Origin: the human T2T-CHM13v2.0 reference genome, Homo sapiens
Direction: 5' to 3' (one strand)
NCBI RefSeq assembly: GCF_009914755.1
Contig: NC_060947.1
DNA length: 64,000 bases
The position numbers and the translations under genes are program-made. How positions within the stretch are numbered: the stretch's first letter is position 1; each line of letters opens with the position of its first letter. The notes beneath the pieces are model-generated. The model made no database searches. It was not told where the DNA came from and worked only from the letters and a program-made list of their open reading frames with translations. This document shows positions 47,452 to 57,120 of this stretch, piece after piece.

Positions 47452-47575
47452 CTGGAAGAGGTGGGGCTGGACTCTGTCGCCATCACCCTCGACTCGCACA
47501 TGGGGTTATCTGCGTCCAAGGCTGCCCTCGGGGCGACCACCGATGAGCCCATGGAGCCTGAGCCGAAACTGGCTG
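47452..47575 (+). pseudogene. PICALM-like exon 1 (5' boundary uncertain): LEEVGLDSVAITLDSHMGLSASKAALGATTDEPMEPEPKLA
   Basis: Aligns with CALM [36 protein letters not shown]. Ends in a phase-1 donor G|GTGAGT at 47576, in a GC/CpG-enriched patch. Confidence 0.7.
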
Positions 47576-47583
47576 GTGAGTAG

Positions 47584-47990
<407 letters not shown>

Positions 47991-49523
47991 GACCTCTGGT
48001 GTTTTTAACTACAAATTCCAAAATATTTAGAAATTATTCAACTAAGATAGGAGACAAAGAGGGTGGAATAATAACCCAGGCTTCTTAGAAAGGTCTCATT
48101 TCCCAAGTTCACCCCAGTGCCCTTATAAATTGTAACATTCAGCGAGTCTTCTGAAGGAAAGTCTATTGAATAGATTCTCCCTTAGGTATTCCTAACCTAA
48201 CGTCCATGAATAGGCTTTAGAGTGTCCATGGCACAATTTTTGTGCCCTGTGTATGTTTCTAGGAGGAAGATTTTTGATTCCTAGAGTGACCCGTTGCTCA
48301 AAGGATAGACTCCCAGTCTACCCAGTCTAGCCCCATTCCCTGTTGTCTGAGCTTGTAGTGAGCAGTGACTTGATAAACAATGTGTGCTATTGGCAGAGTA
48401 TACTTAAATTTTACAGCTATTGAAAGCTTCACAGCTAGCTCACTGTTTTGATCACCCCTTTATTTTGGTATTTTGCTTAAACTATTCATTGACTTAATCT
48501 GTATTTGCCTTCTGAAGTTTTATCTTCTTATCATCGTGCTAATGTGCATGTGTTACAGCAAGTTACTAAGTTAAATAGAGATTAATTTCATATATATATA
48601 TATATATATATATGTTTGCAAAGCATCATTCTCAGCAGGCCACATACTAGATTCTCTGTATATATTATACAGTCCTGGATACTTATGTAATATATGCCAG
48701 AATTGGCTTCTGAAGACCTAAAGAAATGCTCATTAATGAATAAGTGCCATGGATGAAGTTGTGCCATAATCATAGTTTGTAGACAGTTTTGAAAGCAAAG
48801 AGGATTTTGAACTGGTAAAAAGTAGGGAATCATTGCCATGTTCTTGAATGTGAAAATCAAATTATGAAACTTAACTTTTGAGGGGCTGTATGAAATGAAT
48901 TCATGAATGGTTATAGGCATGAGGCCAGAAATTTAAAAGCTGTCACAATAAACTAGGTACAAAGTTATGAGGTAGTGGACTCAAGAAAAAGAAGCAATAA
49001 ATAAAAGGATACGGGATGCAGATAAAAGGATCAGAGATGGAGTGACAGTACAAAGAAAGTTCCTAACTGAACCTTCATGGAATGACAGTTTTCTTGAGAG
49101 AAGTAGTGACAGTGGTTAATAGCTTGGTCTCTAGGGTCAAACAAATCTAGTTTCAAATCCCAGCCCTGCCATTTAACTACCTGTATGATCTTGGGTATGT
49201 TACCTTCTTCAGTACTGTTCATTCATTTAATAAGTATTGACCAAAACCTGTTATGTGCCATCTGCTTTGCTGGGCCTTGAGGACCAAAATGGATTCATTC
49301 CCTCCCCTCATCAAGTATGCAAGATAACTAAAGGCATTAAATATCATGTAACATATAACAGTGCAAATTGTAATACATGTAATGAAGAAAATGTTTTTGA
49401 GGATTCCCTATGTCATTTCTCCAACATTTGATTGCATCTGTACTTAAGTTAAAATTACCAATTTTGGTTTTGAAAATTATTTCTCAGTCTGTATTCTAAT
49501 GCTTGTCATTGTCTCTAATTTAG

Positions 49524-49666
49524 ATCTAATACAGTACATCAGTGAAACTAACATAAGCGTTGAACATCTGGCTAATGTTCTTTCTGAAAAAACTAGGAGC
49601 AGTAGCTGGGTGGTGGTGTTCAAAGCCCTGGTTACTGTACATCACCTCATGGTGCACGGAAATGAG
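49524..49666 (+). pseudogene. PICALM-like exon 2 (143 nt): DLIQYISETNISVEHLANVLSEKTRSSSWVVVFKALVTVHHLMVHGNE
   Basis: tttAG|AT acceptor, GAG|GTGAGC donor; contains the ANTH signature SSWVVVFK.L.T.HHLMV.GNE. Confidence 0.95.
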
Positions 49667-50139
49667 GTGAGCGTAAGCATGCAATTGCAAAATGTTCTTG
49701 GTTTGTCAAGGGCTTACTACCTTTTACTTTAATTAGTGGCAAGTGAGAGAAGTGAATAGCAGTATGTATTTAAAATATTTTTATCTGTTTTTATTAATGA
49801 ATATATCTTTGTGATCAGTATTCTTTGAGGTGTATCATTTTAGTCACTGATGAAATAGCCACTGGATAACAATGTCCATAATAGAGTGGATATTTCTGTC
49901 AATTCTTTAGAGGATTTAGACCCCAAAAAGCCCCTTAGAAATGTGTTACCTCATACTTGCTTTACTTTGACAGGAGAGACTACACCTAAGCATATTACCT
50001 CATCACCTACCCATCTCTCTATATTTTACAGAACAACTGGAATGCTCCATAACATTAAATTACTTATTATTTTCTACTTTAAATTCACAGGCATTTTCCC
50101 TCAGTAAGTTTTGTATTAAAAAATCAGGGTTTAGAAATT

Positions 50140-51330
50140 GACTGGATTTTGAAACTCATTATAAAGCAACAGTAATTACACAGCAGAGTACTGGTAAAAA
50201 ATAGAACATATATATAAATGGAACACAATAGAGAGCTTGGTTATAGAACTACACTTATATGGGAACTTGGTGGCACTAAAAAATGTGGGGAAAAGCATGG
50301 GGGAAGGAATTTAAAATAAAGCCTATTGGCACAAGCAGCATCCCTATGGAAAAAATGAGAATGAGATGCTTATGTTACCCCATATACAAAAATAAATTCC
50401 ACATGGATGAAATATCTAAATTCAAAAAATAGATAAAATTGAAGAAAATGTAGGAGAATATGCTTATGACATTTGGGTAGGGAAGGCGCCATAGTTAAAA
50501 GAAGATATTTGCAACATATATACTATAGACTAAAGGTTAATATTCAGAATACATAATTAGTAAGAAAAAGGCACTACAATAGACTAATGAGCAAAAGAAA
50601 TGAACAGAGGGTTTATAGAAAAGGAAAACAGAATGTCTAATAATCATCTGAGAACATGCTCATATTAGCAAAAATTAAAATTTCTGACAGTATGAATAGT
50701 TGGGAGGACATTGAGGTAATGGGAATTCACATACTCTGTGGATACATGTAGCTGCTGCAGTTTATCACTGTGGAGCGGAGAACATTGAGACACATTTAGA
50801 AAGTTGAAAATGCCCATCCCAGTGACTCAGCAAATCCACTTCTCACATCATGTTTATAATAATGAAAAACTAGAAATCACCTAAATTTCCATCACTAGAG
50901 AACAGATAAAATTTAGTGTAGTTATACAATAAAATGCTGTATTACATTAAATGAGATTGTATACCAGTAAGGCTAGACCTCAAAAACAATGCTAATAGAA
51001 GAAGCAAATTGTAGAATGACACTTAGAGTGCAAAACTACTTACGTAAAAAATTTAAAATACACACAGTACTTGTCCATGGAACAAATACATGTGAAACTA
51101 TGAGGAAAATAGATTATAAAGATAATGCATTAAAATTATGATACCAGTTACTTCTAGGTAGAAGCAGGAAATGGATCTCAGGGATGGGGCTTTATCCGTA
51201 ATCATTTATTTTCTCTTATTTTAATAATAGACTTGAAGCAGATATGTCAGAAAGTTAGCAGTTATCATTTCTAGGTAGTGGGGTCCACAGATGTATCATA
51301 TTATTATTTGTATACTTCCGTAACTTAAAA
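50140..51330 (+). mobile_element. Very old L1ME fragments in pseudogene intron 2
   Basis: Degenerate L1 ORF2 3' motifs (catatacaaaaataaattcc, atatttgcaacatata). Confidence 0.6.
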
Positions 51331-51634
51331 TTACTCAAAATCAAGAGTGGGGCATGGCTAAATAGAAAGTCTTAGAGGGAAACAGTGTGTATTCACATGA
51401 GCTTTAATGTTTAACTCCTTGTTTATTTGGGGGGTATATAAATAGAGGAGAGTTGGCAGCTGCAAATCTTTATGTTGGCCAGCACAGGATGTGATTGTGC
51501 GCAACTTAATCAATGTTCCTGAAATAGATACAAGGTGAACGATAGAATTAAGTATACATTCATAATGACAATCATTAAGGAACTTTTTGTGTGTACAGAA
51601 ACTAATTTTAGAATTTGGCACATTTGTTTGACAG

Positions 51635-51710
51635 CGTTTCATTAAACATGTTTCATGTCAGAGCTCTTTGTTCACTTTACACAATTTCCTGGATAAAAGT
51701 GTCATAGAAG
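51635..51710 (+). pseudogene. PICALM-like exon 3 (76 nt): RFIKHVSCQSSLFTLHNFLDKSVIE(G)
   Basis: tgacAG|CGT acceptor, AAG|GTAAGA donor; compare CALM RFIQYLASRNTLFNLSNFLDKSGLQG. Confidence 0.92.
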
Positions 51711-52694
51711 GTAAGATGATTCTTTGATGGAAATATTTCCATATGCCAAAGAGGGAAAAGTTCTGAAAATTGTGCCTAGTTAAAAAAGTGTCTAAATTAT
51801 GAAGGCTGCGATGTGCTATACATTTTAAGAATGTAAATAATCCCCAAATTCATTGATACAACGTATATTTGGAGCTTACTAAGAATAACAGAATATGCCA
51901 TATGCTAGAGACAGAAAAGTTAATGAGACCTACAGGTCTTTGCTCAGTGAAGCCTTGTCCAGCCTACCAAAAATTGCAGCACCTTTACACCAGTTCTCTG
52001 CCTGGGTTTATTCTTTCCCCTTCTCCCTGACTGTCTCTGTGTTCCTTTTTTTTTTTTTTTTTTTAACATAATTGTCTGTCATTTCCCATTGAAATGTAAG
52101 CCCTATGAGGGCAGGAATATTTGTCTGTTTTTTTCACTGCTGAACTTCCAGCACTTAATACATCGCCTGGCTTATAGTAGGCACTCAGTGATTGTTTAAT
52201 GAATGAATAAATTGAAGGGGAATCAGCATACATTTGGAGGTCGAGTAGAGAGTAGTTGAGTTTGTACCATGGCCTTTCTTCTCCTTTTTCTCTATGAAGT
52301 AGGCTGCAGGTCATTTGCTGAGTGGAGGGAGAGGGGAGGAGGGATGGTGGCAGTGGGATGACGAGAGTAAGGAAAATGCTAACAATTTATAATAGTTTCT
52401 GTGAAAATGTCGAAGGAGCTGATACAGTTCAATTATTTCATCTGTTCAGGAATGTCACCATCAATATCCCATTAAGGGATGATATCAAAGCTCTAAGGAA
52501 ATAAAAATTAATCTTTAACAGAAAGCTGGAAGAATGTTGGAGTAGGTGATTAATAAAGGCCATTCTAGCTTTTGTGCTTCAAAGATATTGTTGAAGTATA
52601 CAGGTGAATGTGGAATAAGTCTTTGCATTTATTGACATATTGTAAAAAGCTACTGTTGGTTGAATTGGAAATAATCGAAATATCTCATTTTTAG

Positions 52695-52796
52695 GCTATA
52701 CTATGTCAACTTCATCAGACGATACAGCAAGTACTTGAATGAAAAGTCACTCGCATATAGAATGATCTCATCTGACATCACAAAAACCAAGAGAGG
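52695..52796 (+). pseudogene. PICALM-like exon 4 (102 nt, 1-nt deletion near 52710): YTMS[T/fs]FIRRYSKYLNEKSLAYRMISSDITKTKR(G)
   Basis: ttttAG|GC acceptor, GG|GTCAGT donor; compare CALM [34 protein letters not shown]. The uncorrected frame stops at TGA 52736-52738. Confidence 0.92.
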
Positions 52797-52955
52797 GTCA
52801 GTAAATATCATTAGTTTGTAAGCAAGAAGTACTGAAGCTTACATGTGGCCTGCTTTGTAGTTTGTCAAAAACAGCCCTATTTCAAGATGCTGATGTCACA
52901 GAGCTTCTCAAACTCTTAATTATTGAGGTTCATGAATTTCTTTTATCTTTTATAG

Positions 52956-53035
52956 GACAGATTGTGTGATAAGAAACTATGAATACTGAAGAGCTGCTAA
53001 ACACACTTCCAGTTATTCAAACCCAGTTTAATGCA
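52956..53035 (+). pseudogene. PICALM-like exon 5 (1-nt insertion near 52975; 3' end and donor missing): TDCVIR[fs]TMNTEELLNTLPVIQTQFNA
   Basis: tatAG|G acceptor; compare CALM [31 protein letters not shown]. Similarity stops after GCA at 53035 and there is no GT at the expected position. Confidence 0.88.
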
Positions 53036-53154
53036 ACATAAGAGCTTTATAAATTTTGTTAAAAAATATAGTAAATAGCATCCTGTAACTATAGGTAGGA
53101 GAAATAATTTTCTAACTGTGGTGTTAATTGGTTACGTTTTTATTTAATTTTCAG

Positions 53155-53266
53155 GCAAATCCTGATGAACTAACTAATGGTATAATACATGCTGCTTTTA
53201 TGCTCCTCTTTAAAGATTCTCTTTGTCTCTTTGCAGCTTATAATGAAGGGATCCTTAATCTGCTAG
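53155..53266 (+). pseudogene. PICALM-like exon 6 (112 nt): ANPDELTNGIIHAAFMLLFKDSLCLFAAYNEGILNLL
   Basis: ttttcAG|GCA acceptor, TAG|GTAGGA donor; 28/37 identical to the CALM exon-6 peptide as I recall it. Confidence 0.95.
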
Positions 53267-54184
53267 GTAGGATAAAGAATAAGCTTTTTAAATGATTACT
53301 TTTTAAAGCATAAAATGGTAAAATAATTTATTTGTAAAAATCCCTTGTCTCTACATTTAGACTCACATTTGTTTTAGATACAAAATAGAAAATCTTTGCA
53401 GGGTCATGTATACTTTTCAATACAAATATTATATTGCTTCATTGGTTAAACATTATTTGGCTAATTAGCTACAAAACTTTTCCACTTTTATGTAAGTGCT
53501 AACTGATATTTCTGGGAAATTTGTCAGGGAATCAACCTAGGTTGCCATGTTTATTCATTATATGGTAATAAGGCCCATTTCCACCAAGTTCAAATAACAC
53601 AGTTTTGACTTTCCTAAGAAGGTAAAGCCTATAACATAAGTAATTGTTATTGATGATATACAAGCATATATTTTTAGACTTTTCAGGAAATTACTGTCAT
53701 CATTTAGCCCTAATGAATGATTCATTTAGCTGCAATTATTCTATAAACTTTATTGACGGGAATTTGATAGCTTTCCTTATACTGAAGAAATACGTAGTAT
53801 TATACATTTGTAGGGTTATAAGAGAGTAGGAAACACAGCTCTTTCCCTCAAAGGGTTGCAGAGCTTTGTATTAATCAAAAAGACTATAGACTAGAAGTCG
53901 TTGAAATTAAAATCTAAACTATCTGTGCATGCTATTAAATTCCATATACCCAGCACCGGTATTTGGTATACAGTAGTTACTCCATAAAAAATAGTTGATT
54001 ATGGGGATAGAGCAGTGCTATTTCTTGTTATTAAAACAGAAAATAACTTGATTAAAATTATAATTGTTTTGAACAGGTTAAATTCATATCCAGAATTAGC
54101 TTAAAATAGAATAATCAGAATGGAGTAAAACTTGAAAATTGCTAAGATATTGGCTCCTTTATGGTAATTTTTTTCTATTTTTAG

Positions 54185-54291
54185 ACAAATATTTTGACAT
54201 GAGGAAGAACCAATGCAGGGAAAGTTTGGATATTTACATCAGGTTCCTTAGAGGAACAACCAAATTGACACAGTTTCTGAAAGTTGCAGAG
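54185..54291 (+). pseudogene. PICALM-like exon 7 (107 nt): DKYFDMRKNQCRESLDIYIRFLRGTTKLTQFLKVAE
   Basis: ttttAG|AC acceptor, GAG|GTACAG donor; compare CALM [36 protein letters not shown]. Confidence 0.95.
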
Positions 54292-54896
54292 GTACAGAAA
54301 TCCATTTCTACTTAAGGTGTTTCTTTTTTTGCAATAATTTAGTATCACTTGAAACTATACCTCTTTCCTCCACCACCATAACCACACAAACGCACAGAAA
54401 TTGGTAGTTGTTTTAACTACTTTGTAAACAGTAAAACTAAAACTAAAACTAAAGTTAGGTACTTCAAATGTACTATCCAATGCACTTGCACTCAAAAGCA
54501 ATCTTACAAGGACTTCTGTTTGCAGCCATAAAGATAACCAGTATGAAGCTTACCCTCCCACCAGAAACAACTCTAAAAGTAGACCAAAATATATATGACA
54601 TAAGTCTTTTTAGGTAGTGAACAATAGGTAGGTTTGTGGTCAGTGACAGAAACACTTGAGGTGAGCCCCATGTTCTCCCTGACACTCAGAGAACCCAAGC
54701 AGGATAAATACAAAGAGAACCACACGGAGGCGAGTGATAGTCAAGCTTCTGAAAACCAAAGAGAACAAAGACATATTACCCATGGGAGAATGACAATACG
54801 AATAATCGCTGACTTCTGACTACTTGAAAAATTAGAACACGTTTGTATGATATCCAAAATGCAGCTTAGCTCTTCTTAAATCAGCAAAGACTCAAT

Positions 54897-55205
54897 AAGC
54901 TGGAAACCATCATTCTCAGCAAACTAACACAAGAAGAGAAAACCAAACACCGCATGTTCTCGCTCATAAATGGGAGTTGAACAATGAGAACACGTGGACA
55001 CACGGAGGGGAACATCACACACCGGGGCCTGTCAAGGTGTGAGGGGTTACAGGAGGGACAGCATTAGGAGAAATAACTAATGTAGATGATGGGGGTTGAT
55101 GGATGCAGCAAACCACCATGGCACGTGTACACCTATGTAACAAACCTGCATGTTCTGCACATGTACCCCAGAACTTAAAGTATAATGAAAAAAATAAAAA
55201 TAATT
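54897..55205 (+). mobile_element. 5'-truncated L1PA 3' end in pseudogene intron 7
   Basis: gctggaaaccatcattctcagcaaactaacac...acttaaagtataat followed by an A-tail. Confidence 0.92.
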
Positions 55206-55405
55206 TAAAAAGTCTATCCTTAGGATAAATATAAGGGTGTCCTTAAGTGTGCGAGGCATACTTTAGCCTGATAAGGTACCAGCCCAGGAAGACATCATAC
55301 TCTTGGGGTATTTTCTCTTTCATGCACACAATGATCTCTCAGTTACATTTTTGTTGTTGCCACTCCCTGCTGTAACGTGTACTTTCCCCCTCTTTTTTGT
55401 TTCAG

Positions 55406-55450
55406 CAAGTTGGAACTGACCAGAGCAACAACATTCCATATATTACTCAG
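55406..55450 (+). pseudogene. PICALM-like exon 8 (45 nt): QVGTDQSNNIPYITQ
   Basis: tgtttcAG|CAA acceptor, CAG|GTCAGT donor; compare CALM QVGIDRGDIPDLSQ, with one extra AAC codon. Confidence 0.9.
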
Positions 55451-55859
55451 GTCAGTGTATCTCTCCTATGTATTTAAGTGACGTTTTTGTCTTTGTTTAT
55501 GTGTGTTTATTATATTAATCATCATCTGAGACTCTCCATCCTTTGCTATATACTTATGTGTGTGCGTTTTCATTTCTCCATAAGTAACATATATATGTGT
55601 GCTTATTATGTGTGTGTGTGTATGTGTATAACAACTAGACCATGCTTTCAATATTATCAGTAGAAACAGCAGGGTATTTGGAATAAAGAACTTAGATTTG
55701 AGGACTGCCCTGTCCACCTTTCAGGTATATGGTCTCAAGCAACTCATTTCCATTCTCTGTTCCTTATTTCTGCAACTGCAAAATGGGTATGATGCACCAC
55801 CTGGCTCATAGTAGTGTTGTAAGAATCAAAGGAGCTCAGGCTTTTTTTCTTCCTCAGCA

Positions 55860-57120
55860 ACTAGTTCTCAGGGATCCCCTCATGGGCATAGGTGTGATCT
55901 GGGGTAGAGGTGGCAGTGCTGGAGGTGTGGACAAGATGGGCCTCAGGCAACCTGCTTGTGGATCCTACTTAGCCCTCTGGACCTGCCTGTGCTCCAACCC
56001 AGATATATCATGGGGCCTGAGCAGCACGGCTTCTGGTCCAGCCTGTACCTACTACAGAGCCCTTTCCTACTCTGGGCCCCCAAATTTAGGTGGCAGGCCT
56101 AAATTTTAGGCCACCTGGGATATGGATGAGAGCAGTTTTCCCTCATGTGGGAATATGCTGTCTCCAGAGCCCAAAGAAGCCTACCAGGTATCATGTATCC
56201 TTTTTTGTTGTGGGAGGTACAAGATGCAATACTTTATCTTTTATTTTGGATGTGATGTCCTGGTATGCCTCTGACCACTGGAACCCCCCAAATTTTATCA
56301 GTGTGAAAAGAAGGTAGACTGCATGTATCTTTCACTATACTGCCCACTGCCTGCTCATCTGATCCTATGAGCATGACATCATGGATACAGTGGATCAATT
56401 TCATGCTCTGAGGAGTGACCAGATGTTCTAGACTTCTAACTTTATTATGACAGAAGATAAGAGAGTTAACACAGCCATGGGTATAAAACTGAAAATGTAA
56501 AGTGTTGTTCATTCCATGTGCCTGTGAACTCTTTCCGAGTCACACTTCTGATGGTGATAGAAAGCAACACAGTCACCAAACCAGCAGCCACATACTATGT
56601 ACCTAAAGCTGCATTAACTCCACCTCTACCAAAGAAGCTATCATGGCTGGCATAGTGGCTACAATTGGGGTACTACTTGATTGATTTTGCTGTAGTTGTT
56701 AATCTCCAGAACCCAACTGGTTTTGATGGGGAATGGGGACTATCACCACTAATATAATCCTTTCTGCTATTTAGATTTGTGCTAATTTCTGCCATCCTCT
56801 TGGGAGGTAGTCCTGTTTTTGTTTTTGTTTTCGTTTTTGTTTTGTTTTGTTTTAATCTACTGTTTTGCTTGGAGGGTGATTGGGGGCTATATCAGAGGCA
56901 CGCCCCTAGATGAGTTTTGCTGTGGCTTAACTATAGTTATAGGCCTAGAGGACAGGAATGGAGGTGGGAGCAGATCCTGATGGGGCATGTAACTTGTGGA
57001 GTAGAGGCCTCTGTATCATCTCCAACAAAGGAGGCTCAGAGGTTTCTGGAAAATCTGGAGACTCAAGACTTTCAAAGCCATTCCCCAGCTGTCCTCATCC
57101 TACATATCAGCGACTGGTGT
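55860..57120 (-). mobile_element. ERVL-class internal (pol) remnant
   Basis: ORF 56234..56512 (-) GCVNSLIFCHN..KLIHCIHDVMLIG resembles ERVL RT (QGYINSPALCHN..LVHYIDDIMLIG). An RAQAGPEG-like motif lies near 55975. Confidence 0.78.
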
